In this document: in pieces, positions 9,745-19,645 of the stretch
How positions within the stretch are numbered: position 1 is the stretch's first letter
How the letters are laid out: every line of letters starts with the position of its first letter
Source of the DNA: Candidatus Thorarchaeota archaeon
GTDB taxonomy: Archaea; Asgardarchaeota; Thorarchaeia; Thorarchaeales; Thorarchaeaceae
Reading direction: 5' to 3'
DNA length: 64,000 bases
NCBI GenBank assembly: GCA_029858305.1
Contig: JAOUFI010000005.1
Location: 1-64,000 of the forward strand
The notes under the pieces: model-generated
Told to the model about the DNA's origin: nothing
Databases searched by the model: none
What the model saw: the letters and a program-made list of their open reading frames with translations, nothing else
Position numbers and translations under genes: made by a program

Positions 9745-10824
9745 ATGATGAGGACCCCAGCTGATTGCAGGATTGGCTTTCTATGGAGTCCACTCCTTGA
9801 AACATTTGACTTCGGACGGAAACATCCTATTAGAGTTGGGCGTTTCAAGATGATATACGACTTCGTGGAAAAACAGGGATTTCTCAATCTTCCCAATGTC
9901 CAGGTTATCAATCCTGAACTTTTGCCCGAGGATCTCTTGAGGACTATTCACGCTCAAGACTACATTACAGAGGTACAGAGGATTTCGGAAACTGGTGTTG
10001 GGGACATTGATATTGATACACCTGGATTCAAGGACATCTACTTCAATTCAAGAATCGTTTCTGGAGCATCCGTGACAGGTACTAAGGCTGTTTTATCCGG
10101 TTCAATTGATCATTTCATCTCTCCCACGGGGGGATTTCATCATGCAAAGTATGAGTGGGGCGGTGGTTTTTGCATCTTTAATGATGTAGCAGCATGCATC
10201 TATGAATTAAAACATCAAAGTATTGAGAGAGTCCTCATTGCCGACTTTGATGTACACCATGGCAATGGCACTCAGAAGTACTTCTACAGCGATTCTGGAG
10301 TTATGCAAATTTCTTTTCACGAAGACCCAGAATGGATGTATCCTCACGATGGTAATATTGAAGATATCGGAGAAGGTACAGGACTTGGATACAATATCAA
10401 TATGCACTTTCCAATGGATTCCGGAGATGCAGTCTATAAGTATGCTTTTGATGAGCTGGTCCCACCATTAATTGACCATTACAAGCCTCAGTTTATCATC
10501 TTCATTCCTGGTTTTGATGCTCATTACTTGGACCGACTTGCTCACCTCAAGCTTACTACTGACATGATTAGATATGTCACATCAGAGATTCACAGCGCCT
10601 CTCATACTTACAGTAACGGGAAGATGGGCGTTGTTACAGGAGGTGGATATCATCCAGACTCACTGTTATGGGGTATTGGTACAGTGATGTCAGAACTTGC
10701 AGGAGTTCCCTATGAACCGCCTCCTCAAAAGCCACCTTTCGAGGATAATCAAGAAACTTGGGAAGAAGTGAAATCCAATGTTGCACGAGTTAAGCAATTA
10801 GTCTTTTCTGCTCTGGGTATCTAG
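9745..10824 (+). CDS. Histone deacetylase family (AcuC/class I-like) deacetylase
   Basis: HPIRVGR, GGFHHA, GFCIFND, DFDVHHGNGTQ, GFDAH.D, GGGY. Confidence 0.93.
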   Translation: MMRTPADCRIGFLWSPLLETFDFGRKHPIRVGRFKMIYDFVEKQGFLNLPNVQVINPELLPEDLLRTIHAQDYITEVQRISETGVGDIDIDTPGFKDIYFNSRIVSGASVTGTKAVLSGSIDHFISPTGGFHHAKYEWGGGFCIFNDVAACIYELKHQSIERVLIADFDVHHGNGTQKYFYSDSGVMQISFHEDPEWMYPHDGNIEDIGEGTGLGYNINMHFPMDSGDAVYKYAFDELVPPLIDHYKPQFIIFIPGFDAHYLDRLAHLKLTTDMIRYVTSEIHSASHTYSNGKMGVVTGGGYHPDSLLWGIGTVMSELAGVPYEPPPQKPPFEDNQETWEEVKSNVARVKQLVFSALGI

Positions 10825-10920
10825 GATTCATCCAATTTCAGCCATCAAAAAATGTCATATAATGCACGGAAGAATGAAAAGGAGTATTATTGCTCGCTGA
10901 CTCATCACGGAGAATAGGCA

Positions 10921-12294
10921 ATGCTTGTACAAAAAGATGTATGCAATCCCACAGCATGCAATTTGGAGTGTTTAAATGCCTGCATTCGGATACATGGTCA
11001 GAACACTCCTCTTCAGATATTGAAAAATGCAACACCACCGACAATCAATGAGGATAGATGTACTGGTTGCCTAGCCTGTATACGTGCCTGCCCAGTTGAT
11101 GCAATAGTAGTAAATGATAAACAAAAGACATTAAAAATACCGCAGAAGGAATTGTCGTCAACTAAGATCAACAGTTATCATTCAAATCCATCCTACAGAG
11201 TAGGAGATAATTATACTCGTATGTCTGAGGCAGATACGATTTTTGCCCGTGTTCAATTCGATACTGATTTTCAATACTATCATCAGACTGAGTTTTCAGG
11301 CGCTGAACACATGATTTCAAAAAACATCCCTGGCTACGAACGTTTTGAACTTGAATTGAGTATCGCTGCTTGGAACCTCTATGACTCTAGACATTCTATT
11401 CGACGCCCAGGGATTGGTCTTGACCCTGAAGCAGAGGAATCCGGTGGAAGAACCGATTTGACTCCAGAAGAGTACACAACTATGGTCAAGAAAGCGGCTC
11501 GTTTCTTTGGTGCAGATTTAGTTGGCATTGCAGAATTAGACCAGAAGTGGCTGTATACGCATAATCGACGCGGCGAACCCTACAAAGTACCCAAAGAATT
11601 CAACCGGACTATAGTGATGGGTATTGAGATGGATTATGATGCTATTGCTACATCTCCAACTTTCACAAGTTCTGCAGCAACAGGACTTGGATATTCAATG
11701 ATGGCTTTCGTAGAAACCGAGTTGGTTTCATTCATCCAAAGACTTGGTTATAATGCCATGCCATGTGGGAACGATGTAGGTATGAGTGTTCCAATGGCGA
11801 TTGATGCTGGCCTTGGGCAATACGGTCGCCACGGTCTCGTCATAACAAAATCCTTTGGTCCCCGCATACGAATTGCAAAAATCTTGACCGATTTACCTCT
11901 CCTAATAGATTCACCTGATCAAAATTTTTGCAGAGCTGTAATCAGGTTCTGTGAAACTTGTGAAAAGTGTGCGGACAACTGTCCGTCGAATTCAATTCCC
12001 TTTGGCAAAGAACAGACTTGGAATGGCAAGACCAAATCCAACAATTCTGGAATTGAGAAATGGTATGTCAATGTTGAAACCTGCTACGGATTCTGGATTG
12101 AAAACGGCTCCGAGTGTTCAAACTGCATCCGTTCTTGCCCATACAATAAGAAGAATGGAATTCTTCATAGAACTATCTTATGGGTAATTCAATATCTTCC
12201 TTGGTTCAATCGTTTCATCGTTAAATTGGATGATATTGTAGGATATGGGAAGCAACGAGATAAGAATAGATTTTGGAGAAAGTATATGACATAG
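10921..12294 (+). CDS. Reductive dehalogenase (RdhA-like) with N-terminal RLI-like Fe-S domain
   Basis: KKAARFFGADLVGIA, AIDAGLGQYGRHG..ITKSFGPRIR, FCETCEKCADNCP, CSNCIRSCPY; N-terminal CNPTACNLECLNAC and CTGCLACIRACP. Confidence 0.85.
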   Translation: MLVQKDVCNPTACNLECLNACIRIHGQNTPLQILKNATPPTINEDRCTGCLACIRACPVDAIVVNDKQKTLKIPQKELSSTKINSYHSNPSYRVGDNYTRMSEADTIFARVQFDTDFQYYHQTEFSGAEHMISKNIPGYERFELELSIAAWNLYDSRHSIRRPGIGLDPEAEESGGRTDLTPEEYTTMVKKAARFFGADLVGIAELDQKWLYTHNRRGEPYKVPKEFNRTIVMGIEMDYDAIATSPTFTSSAATGLGYSMMAFVETELVSFIQRLGYNAMPCGNDVGMSVPMAIDAGLGQYGRHGLVITKSFGPRIRIAKILTDLPLLIDSPDQNFCRAVIRFCETCEKCADNCPSNSIPFGKEQTWNGKTKSNNSGIEKWYVNVETCYGFWIENGSECSNCIRSCPYNKKNGILHRTILWVIQYLPWFNRFIVKLDDIVGYGKQRDKNRFWRKYMT

Positions 12295-12387
12295 AAAGGG
12301 AATTATTCCCGAAATAATAGCAAGTACCACAATAAACTTTATCGAACGCGAAGATAATGAAAAGAGAGCAATGGAGTATGATGTATT

Positions 12388-13848
12388 ATGCGTAAAACTG
12401 CAGGTAAACGCACAAGCAAGAAACCTGCAGATGAAACAAAGATTATGCTAAATGATGGATATGTACTAAGTCGTGGTTTAATCGACGCAATTCTTCGCCT
12501 ATCGCCTAGCGGAATTGCGATTATTGGTTCTGATTTCATTATCGAGTACATAAGTGATCGCGGTTGTACTATATTTGGGGCGACTCGCGAAGAACTAGTC
12601 GGACATGATTTTAGAGATTTCCTACAGAAAGATTCTCTGCGAATGGTTGCAGAGCGATATCAACTTAGAAGAGAAGGTAAAGACGTACCGTCTGTATATC
12701 CTTTCCATCTGATTCGTAGCGATGGTGAGGAATTGACCGTGGAGGGTCGAGCTGATATTGTCATTGATCCTGATGGAGTTCAACGGACAATCGCCCACTT
12801 CTTGGACATAACGCAGATAGAAAGAGGTCAAGAGCTTCTTGAAGAATCAGAGACCCGATATCAAATTCTAATTGAAACTATGAATGACGGTCTCGTCATC
12901 GATGATGGCAATGGTGTTCTCACTTATGCCAATGATGCTTTCTGCAGGATGATTAATAATTCTCAAGAGAATATCATTGGAAAACCCTGGATATCGTTAG
13001 TAAAAGATTTGAGTACAGACAGCATAATGGAGAAAATCGCAGATCGCAAAAAAGGCATATCTGAAAGGTATGAGCTAACATGGAGAAGTTCAACTGGAGA
13101 TTTGGTCCCAACAATCGTTTCTGCGACTCCTCTGTTTGATCGATTTGACAACTTCATTGGCACTTTTGCAATCGTTACAGAGATTAAGGCTCAAAAAGAT
13201 GCAGAGGAAACTATTCAATTCTATCTGGATCTCTTATCCCATGATGTAGCTAACCAATTACAGGTCATTATGACAAGCACTGGTCTTCTTGATGAGGAAG
13301 TGCCACAGTCCTATGTTACGGATGCAAGAAGAGATATTCTGGAAGCTGTAGAACGCTGCAATCGTCTTATAACCAAAGTAAAGAGAGCTGCTCAGATTCG
13401 TGAAGTGCCACTATCAAGTATAGATCTAAAGCAGGTTCTCTCCGAGAAGATAAAAGTCCTAGAGAAGGTATATGGTGCTGAAGTACACCTTGAGGGTGTG
13501 AAAAAGACAATAATGGTGGAAGCGGACATTCTCCTTGGAGAATTTCTCTGGAATCTATTAGAGAATGCAGCCCGTCATAATCCCACAGATCATAAAGAAG
13601 TATGGATTGCTGTGAAGTCAAAAGGCAATTTTATTGAACTTTCCGTAGCTGATAATGGCCCAGGGCTTAGCGATGCCAGAAAGCCAGTGCTCTTCACTGA
13701 GCGAAAGTATGGTGGTGGTGTAGGTCTTCGACTAATCCGCCAGATGATACGCAAATATGGTGGCTCAATTGAGGTAAAAGACCGAGTGGATGGTACGCCT
13801 AGTGAAGGTTCCAAATTCATTGTTACTTTAAGAAAATCAAAGAAATGA
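12388..13848 (+). CDS. Cytoplasmic PAS-PAS sensor histidine kinase
   Basis: Two PAS domains; SHDVANQL H-box, NLLENAARH N-box, DNGPG, GVGL. Confidence 0.9.
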   Translation: MRKTAGKRTSKKPADETKIMLNDGYVLSRGLIDAILRLSPSGIAIIGSDFIIEYISDRGCTIFGATREELVGHDFRDFLQKDSLRMVAERYQLRREGKDVPSVYPFHLIRSDGEELTVEGRADIVIDPDGVQRTIAHFLDITQIERGQELLEESETRYQILIETMNDGLVIDDGNGVLTYANDAFCRMINNSQENIIGKPWISLVKDLSTDSIMEKIADRKKGISERYELTWRSSTGDLVPTIVSATPLFDRFDNFIGTFAIVTEIKAQKDAEETIQFYLDLLSHDVANQLQVIMTSTGLLDEEVPQSYVTDARRDILEAVERCNRLITKVKRAAQIREVPLSSIDLKQVLSEKIKVLEKVYGAEVHLEGVKKTIMVEADILLGEFLWNLLENAARHNPTDHKEVWIAVKSKGNFIELSVADNGPGLSDARKPVLFTERKYGGGVGLRLIRQMIRKYGGSIEVKDRVDGTPSEGSKFIVTLRKSKK

Positions 13849-13855
13849 TTCATTA

Positions 13856-14125
13856 TCAGATTTTATTCTGTATTCTCTGGTAGAGTCCTTCAAAGAAATC
13901 CTTCTTCTTTGTCTTCCCTTCATTTATCTTGAAGAAGTTAGTTCTAATTCCATAAAGTCTACGTTTAACCTGTTGGTAGTCTTTTATGCTTCTCTTTCCA
14001 ACAGCAGTTTCCAAGACTGTTGTGACTGCCTCTGGAAAGTTATCAATATATTGACACTGCTTCACTTGGATATGAAAAAGTGTGTTCCTTAGTATTTCTG
14101 TTCTAGAGATACATCTCTTTTCCAT
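13856..14125 (-). CDS. Small hypothetical protein
   Basis: 89-aa ORF filling the gap, convergent with the kinase; no motif recognised. Confidence 0.35.
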   Translation of the reverse strand: MEKRCISRTEILRNTLFHIQVKQCQYIDNFPEAVTTVLETAVGKRSIKDYQQVKRRLYGIRTNFFKINEGKTKKKDFFEGLYQRIQNKI

Positions 14126-14281
14126 CGCGCACGGTCCCCAGATATGAATCTATGTTATTATTCTAATAAAAGTTCTAATAATACCAACACAGCATCTAGT
14201 AATACCGCCCGCACGTTTGGGAATCAGTAGGGTTGAAGTTTTAATAGATGATGTGTACTTATGCGCGAGTCTGGATGAACA

Positions 14282-14977
14282 ATGAGAGTCGCTTCTGTTA
14301 TTGATGTAAGTCTTGTAGATGTTCCAAAGATACCAGTCACAGTGATATTCACCGCTGGATGCAACATGAACTGCCCTTATTGTCAAAATGCTGAGATTAT
14401 CCCTCAGACATCAGGTACCCAGATGACCATATCTGATATTGTGAATCGTGTTCGTGGAAATTTTAGCGACGGCTACTGTATCACTGGAGGCGAGCCGACT
14501 ATTCATAAGGACCTCCCAGATTTATTGAAAGCACTTCGAGATGATGGTGCCAAATATATCAATCTAAACACTCAGGGCTCTGTTCCCGATGTGCTTGAGC
14601 GATGCTTGCCCTATCTCGATTCTATTTGGTTTGATATGAAAACTACTCCCGAGCGATACCTTGAAGTTACCCGCGCAAAGACTGATCCTTGGTCTCGTGT
14701 TTTGAGAAGTATTAGACTGGTTCTTCAATCAAATGTCGTGTTTTGGCCTCGAACAACATATGTTGGTCGATGGATGCATCCTGATGAGATTGTTAGGATT
14801 GCACAATTGCTTGCCAAGCTTGGCTTTGAAGGCGAATATATAATTCAAAACTTCATCAAATCCTCAGGTGTACGAGAACTAGAAATTGTTGAGATTGAAG
14901 AACCATCTCGTGAAGAGGTAGAAAAGATAGTTGATGAAATCCCACCTCAGATTTCACTAAGACTAGAATGGCGATAG
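14282..14977 (+). CDS. nrdG: Radical SAM activase, anaerobic ribonucleotide reductase activating (NrdG-like)
   Basis: SLVDVP..IFTAGCNMNCPYCQN, ITGGEPTIH. Confidence 0.8.
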   Translation: MRVASVIDVSLVDVPKIPVTVIFTAGCNMNCPYCQNAEIIPQTSGTQMTISDIVNRVRGNFSDGYCITGGEPTIHKDLPDLLKALRDDGAKYINLNTQGSVPDVLERCLPYLDSIWFDMKTTPERYLEVTRAKTDPWSRVLRSIRLVLQSNVVFWPRTTYVGRWMHPDEIVRIAQLLAKLGFEGEYIIQNFIKSSGVRELEIVEIEEPSREEVEKIVDEIPPQISLRLEWR

Positions 14978-15080
14978 TTCAAACAGCTAACACACAGACA
15001 ACCTTTTAAATGAGGCAGAGGTCACCTTGTTTTGACCACGCCAGATTCTAGGTGTTAATCTCCTGGAGTGTTGTCTTATC

Positions 15081-15812
15081 ATGTTTCCAACACAAAGTAT
15101 GGGCTACGACCGAGCTATCACAGTCTTCAGTCCTGAAGGACGATTATATCAAGTAGAGTATGCTACCGAAGCAGTCCGCCATGGACCCCTTGCAGTTGGA
15201 GTCAAAGCTGCGGATGGGGTTGTATTGGCAGGCGAAAAGAGATCTCCTCATGCTTTAGCAGACCTTGACACACTAAAGAAACTCTTGTTGATTGATGATC
15301 ATGTGGGGTGTGCAATAGCTGGTCTTCATGCAGATGCTAGGAAACTCATTGATCAAGCAAGGATTCAGTCTCAGATAAACCGTCTGAGCTATGACGAACC
15401 AATCTCAATACAGTCACTTGTTGTAAATATCTGCGATACTAAACAGCTTCACACACAATATGGCGGCGCTCGTCCATTCGGGGTTTCTTTACTAGTCGCA
15501 GGTGTTGATGATAATGGTCCCCAGCTTTACACAACTGATCCATCTGGCTCATTTTGGGGCTGGAAAGCAGCAGCTATTGGGAAAGAATCTGATGTTGTCC
15601 GTGATTTCTTCAGCGAGAATTATAAAGAGAACCTAAAACTCGATGCTGCACTAAATCTCGCTCTTAAAGGTCTCTTGCGATCAGAGGACCTCGCATCATT
15701 GGATGCGAAGGAGAAATCAAAGACAATTGAAATTGGACAGATTAGTACCACCGACAAACTCTTTCGTATTTTGCCGCAAGATGAAGTTGAAACAATTCTT
15801 GCAGCATTATAA
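15081..15812 (+). CDS. psmA: Proteasome alpha subunit
   Basis: GYDRAITVFSPEGRLYQVEYA, TQYGGARPFGVSLL, TDPSG; TATA-like TTTTAAA near 15004; GGAG upstream. Confidence 0.97.
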   Translation: MFPTQSMGYDRAITVFSPEGRLYQVEYATEAVRHGPLAVGVKAADGVVLAGEKRSPHALADLDTLKKLLLIDDHVGCAIAGLHADARKLIDQARIQSQINRLSYDEPISIQSLVVNICDTKQLHTQYGGARPFGVSLLVAGVDDNGPQLYTTDPSGSFWGWKAAAIGKESDVVRDFFSENYKENLKLDAALNLALKGLLRSEDLASLDAKEKSKTIEIGQISTTDKLFRILPQDEVETILAAL

Positions 15813-15846
15813 TCCTCGATTAAGAGAACTCTTGTTGATAACTAGA

Positions 15847-16743
15847 CTATTGGCTGGATTGTTCAACAAGTCTATTGACAATTAGTCCTGCTACATCAAT
15901 CCCTGTAACTCTCGATAGTGCACTCCATGAAGGAGCCGCATTTGCCTCGATTACGCACGGTCCCTCTTGGGTCTCAATGATATCCACACCTGTGTAATCA
16001 AGATTCAAGATCTCTGCTGTTTTTATTGCACATTCCTCATAATCTGGACTTAGCTTCATTACTTCAGCTTCTCCTCCTCCATGAACATTGGTTCGCCATT
16101 CTCCATCAATGCCGCTTGGAACATAGCGATACATCGCACCGATTACTTTTCCTCCAATGACAAATGCTCTAATGTCTCTATTCGGCTTCTCTATCATTTC
16201 TTGAACATAGAGAACTTGACCAAGTTGATGTATGAATTTCATCGCACGGTATGTCAATTCTCTATGTTCTGCGCGAATTGAGCCCATTCCTCTAGCCCCA
16301 ATTAGAGGTTTGATAACAACATCACCCACTTCATCTACAAAATTGATTGCAGCCTCAAGGTTCTCTCCGATGAAAGTTCTTGGCACTCTAATTCCAGCTT
16401 TATGCAAGGCCGTCAGGGTGGCATACTTGTCCTTTGCTCGTCGAAACGAATACGCAGGATTCATCACATAAATTCCAGCATCTTCAAAATGCTCTAACAA
16501 ACTTATTCTGAATGTGATTTGGTCGCCAGTTCCGAAACCAATTGTTCGTACTAAGACACCATCCATATGTGTTAAATTCTCTTCATCTAAGTATGTGAAC
16601 TTGCTGGGGATTTGGGCTGATATATCAGGCAATCGAAATGGCTTTGGCTCATGCCCCCTTGACTTAATAGCTTCAATAAGGCTTGCAGTTGCCCAGTTGT
16701 TGATATTTTCGTGATAGACCACTCCAAAGAGACGACCTGACAT
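15847..16743 (-). CDS. RimK/LysX-family ATP-grasp glutamate ligase (MptN/CofF-like)
   Basis: DKY..L, VIKPLIG.RG.G, QEMI, DIRAFVIG, WRTNVHGG, GVDI, EAN..P; ATG 16743 follows GGAGTGA. Confidence 0.88.
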   Translation of the reverse strand: MSGRLFGVVYHENINNWATASLIEAIKSRGHEPKPFRLPDISAQIPSKFTYLDEENLTHMDGVLVRTIGFGTGDQITFRISLLEHFEDAGIYVMNPAYSFRRAKDKYATLTALHKAGIRVPRTFIGENLEAAINFVDEVGDVVIKPLIGARGMGSIRAEHRELTYRAMKFIHQLGQVLYVQEMIEKPNRDIRAFVIGGKVIGAMYRYVPSGIDGEWRTNVHGGGEAEVMKLSPDYEECAIKTAEILNLDYTGVDIIETQEGPCVIEANAAPSWSALSRVTGIDVAGLIVNRLVEQSSQ

Positions 16744-16860
16744 ATGATTCACTCCTTTACTTCAGTTCTAAAAGGAATACCACTTAGTTAAAAGAGCTAT
16801 CCAGCAGACAAGGTAATTAGGTCACAAACCAAATGATTCATTGGATGCGTGCATCGTTTC

Positions 16861-17868
16861 ATGATCAACCAAATCGTCGAGCTTGCCAAGGAGCTTTCGA
16901 ATGAAAGACGAAAGGACCCTGAGCTTGTTTCTCGTATGGAACTTGCGGCACATGGGCAATTTCCACGCTTCTTATTGATTTCTCCAATTGATAGAAGTTC
17001 ACAAGACTTGCAGCTATTTGACATGGTAATGGGAGATGCTTTTCATGGTACACGTGTTCCAAGAATGCCACTCTATCCACCTGATAAGGCTCCATTCCTT
17101 TTTGGAGGTCCCGCCGCCTATAATAGAGGATTTTCTAATGAGCGTGGAGTTATTCTGACATTCGAGCTGGATGAACCTGAGGCCATAATAAAAGATACAC
17201 TAGACAATCTTGTGCTTCATCCTGATGTGAAAGGTATCCCGATTCTCGTATTTCGAGTTGATTATGAACTTGGACGAGCACGAATCATTCCACATGGCAA
17301 AGGGCGTAATTATGAGGCTGAGAACTATTTGCTTGGTCACCTGCGCAAGCCTGACAAAGTAGATACAGATACTCTTGTATTAATCTGCTCAGATTCACGA
17401 GTGCATCCACCTGAAACTCCAAGTGGACTTCCAATGGCAATCCTGACTCTTGCAGGATATATCCCAAGATATACTGGTTCTGATGATGAAACGCACCAAC
17501 TTAACGAATTCTTCAGTGAGTGGCTATCAACAAGTTCTTCGTCAAAACACATTCTAATTGTTGCTCACGGTAACTTTGAGGGTGAGGGTCATTCTTGCGG
17601 TGCTGCGCAGGAATCTCTTGACCCGACAAATGTCAAGAACTCTTTTCTTCGTTATGTCGTTTCAGAACTCCAATTGGTTGCTACGCAGTATGAAAACCAC
17701 ATATTAAAGAGTGCAGAAGAGCGAGCCAAAACAATCTCTCTATCAATCAGGGAGCATCTAATTTCCTATCCAGCTGTGAAAGAATTCGCAGATACAAATC
17801 CAAGCGATTTCATTGACATCTTACTAATGGATACCATATCGAATACTCTTACGAATGCAGATATCTGA
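16861..17868 (+). CDS. Divergent beta-carbonic anhydrase-like protein
   Basis: LICSDSRV and IVAH(GNFEGEGHS)CGAA motifs in C-terminal half. Confidence 0.55.
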   Translation: MINQIVELAKELSNERRKDPELVSRMELAAHGQFPRFLLISPIDRSSQDLQLFDMVMGDAFHGTRVPRMPLYPPDKAPFLFGGPAAYNRGFSNERGVILTFELDEPEAIIKDTLDNLVLHPDVKGIPILVFRVDYELGRARIIPHGKGRNYEAENYLLGHLRKPDKVDTDTLVLICSDSRVHPPETPSGLPMAILTLAGYIPRYTGSDDETHQLNEFFSEWLSTSSSSKHILIVAHGNFEGEGHSCGAAQESLDPTNVKNSFLRYVVSELQLVATQYENHILKSAEERAKTISLSIREHLISYPAVKEFADTNPSDFIDILLMDTISNTLTNADI

Positions 17869-17869
17869 C

Positions 17870-18538
17870 CTATGTGATTAGTTCCGTATAGGAAACTATC
17901 AGATCTCTATACGATTCAAAATCTAAAACGAACGAGTTGAATTTGAACACAGGGACAACGGGCACACCCTCGTGTAATTCGACTTCTTCTACCAACCATG
18001 TCACTATTATGGGGACAAATTCGTATTGTCCTTGAATTTCTGCTTTCATCTTCCTAGATAGATGATCGCTTTGGTTCACAAGTTTCTTTGTTCTTACCTT
18101 CTGTTTCTCGACGGCTGTCCGCAATGAGGACGATTTTCCACCTCGAACCCCCCACATCTTTGCATCTATTGCAAAAACAAGTCTTCCTCGGACTCCAATT
18201 ACATCTATCTCCATGCCTCTTTCAAAGGAATTTCCCTTTCTGCGGTAGCTTTCGATACAGCGGAATCCATTCTCAACTAAAATACCAGCTATTAAACCCT
18301 CGAAATCTTTCCATGTTAGAAAACTAATCACTTCTGATATTTCCATGCCTTTTTCTACTGCAGCCATTGCCAGATCGATTCTCTTTTCACGATCAACAAC
18401 AATCACACCATCCTTGTCACCATAAACACCCAAATGCTCCAAGATATCTCTCTTGAATCCATTCTGTCCGGTAATAATTCCATTCTCTTTTGCTTCTCTA
18501 AGTATCTCTATTATGGTGTTGTTGAAATCCCGCTTCAT
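17870..18538 (-). CDS. PD-(D/E)xK Mrr-like endonuclease family protein
   Basis: WKDFE..IA..L, EIDVI, IDAK.W. Confidence 0.75.
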   Translation of the reverse strand: MKRDFNNTIIEILREAKENGIITGQNGFKRDILEHLGVYGDKDGVIVVDREKRIDLAMAAVEKGMEISEVISFLTWKDFEGLIAGILVENGFRCIESYRRKGNSFERGMEIDVIGVRGRLVFAIDAKMWGVRGGKSSSLRTAVEKQKVRTKKLVNQSDHLSRKMKAEIQGQYEFVPIIVTWLVEEVELHEGVPVVPVFKFNSFVLDFESYRDLIVSYTELIT

Positions 18539-18601
18539 CTCACTCCTTCTCTATCGAGTTAGTTTATAACCCCAGTTGGTGACAGTATTTTAGGTGGGTT
18601 C

Positions 18602-19096
18602 ATGTCAGAGGCTGAAGAAGGTTGGCAGAGAGTTCTGAAAGCATTTGATGAGTGGATATACTACGAGTCATCAGAATTTGGACCCTATACTGGTTACTTC
18701 TCACTTGAGAATCTTCGAGACCTGACTCATGGTGAGCGGATAGGCTGGATGCATTCCATGTACGATGAGCTCATCCCTGGTCGTGTAGAGAAATGTAGAG
18801 ATGCTGCAATTGCATTTGAAGACTTTATGCCTTTCATGCCGGATCCTGACACCCGTGATGTTGTACAATCAATGATAGACCTGACTCAGGTCATCGAAGA
18901 AGCAATGCTGTCCATGAGTGATACAATTCAAACCTTAAGAGAGGAGTATGAATCAGGAGGCTTTGATGAGTTAGTCCCGTACTTGTCAGATTTAGCGGAT
19001 ATTGAAGAAAACATCCGCCACCACATGAGTCTGTTCAGTCAAGGTTTTACAAAGCTTCGAGGTATGGGCTTAGAAATGCCTGATATGGAATCTTGA
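18602..19096 (+). CDS. Hypothetical helical protein
   Basis: 164-aa ORF with AGGTGG upstream and TTTATAA TATA box; no motif recognised. Confidence 0.7.
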   Translation: MSEAEEGWQRVLKAFDEWIYYESSEFGPYTGYFSLENLRDLTHGERIGWMHSMYDELIPGRVEKCRDAAIAFEDFMPFMPDPDTRDVVQSMIDLTQVIEEAMLSMSDTIQTLREEYESGGFDELVPYLSDLADIEENIRHHMSLFSQGFTKLRGMGLEMPDMES

Positions 19097-19265
19097 ATTT
19101 ATATCAAAGAGGGTGTAGCAAAACTTAAGACGATACACTAGTCATGCTTTTTGACCCAAAAATAAACTGAGGTGAAAATCGCAATGGGTACTGAAACATC
19201 ACACTCTGCCCATCAATATCGGGTCTCAAACACGAAAGGTGACTGCCAAATTAAGGCAGGTGAAC

Positions 19266-19598
19266 GTGTTCTCGAGTGACCGTAAGGTCTCCTCAACTAA
19301 TTATAGCAGTCTTGTAGCAACTCTCTTGCAATTAGCAAATGCCAGACTGAGTGATACTCAGAAGGCTGTTCTGATGATGGCTCACAGACTTCTAAAACAC
19401 GAAAACCTGACTGTCACAGCACTAGCAGATCAAGTTTCTCGAAGGTCTGCTGTCCCTTATAGTACCGTGAAGTGGAATCTAAGGTCTCTAAAAGAGATGG
19501 GTTTACTGAAGGGTGGCGACATGTGCTGCAAAGGAGAAAAAGCTCGCTTGACGTATGAGGCTCAGATGATAGCAGACTATTTTGAGAGAAATCACTAG
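19266..19598 (+). CDS. Winged-helix transcription regulator
   Basis: LSDTQKAVL..., VPYSTVKWNLRSLKEMGLL, ARLT HTH/wing; start GTG 19266 (after AGGTGA) or 19239. Confidence 0.75.
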   Translation: MFSSDRKVSSTNYSSLVATLLQLANARLSDTQKAVLMMAHRLLKHENLTVTALADQVSRRSAVPYSTVKWNLRSLKEMGLLKGGDMCCKGEKARLTYEAQMIADYFERNH

Positions 19599-19603
19599 AC
19601 CTG

Positions 19604-19637
19604 AGGGGGCTTTGTTTGCCCCCTATTCTTTATTTTT
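19604..19637 (+). terminator. Hairpin plus T-tract terminator
   Basis: AGGGGGC-TTTGTTT-GCCCCCT followed by ATTCTTTATTTTT, between convergent genes. Confidence 0.65.
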
Positions 19638-19645
19638 GGGGTTCG

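Noticed and set aside
17870-18538. Restriction-modification or defence system
   Set aside because: Lone nuclease-fold gene with no methyltransferase or defence neighbours
19277-19285. uORF TGA as selenocysteine
   Set aside because: Followed immediately by CCG TAA
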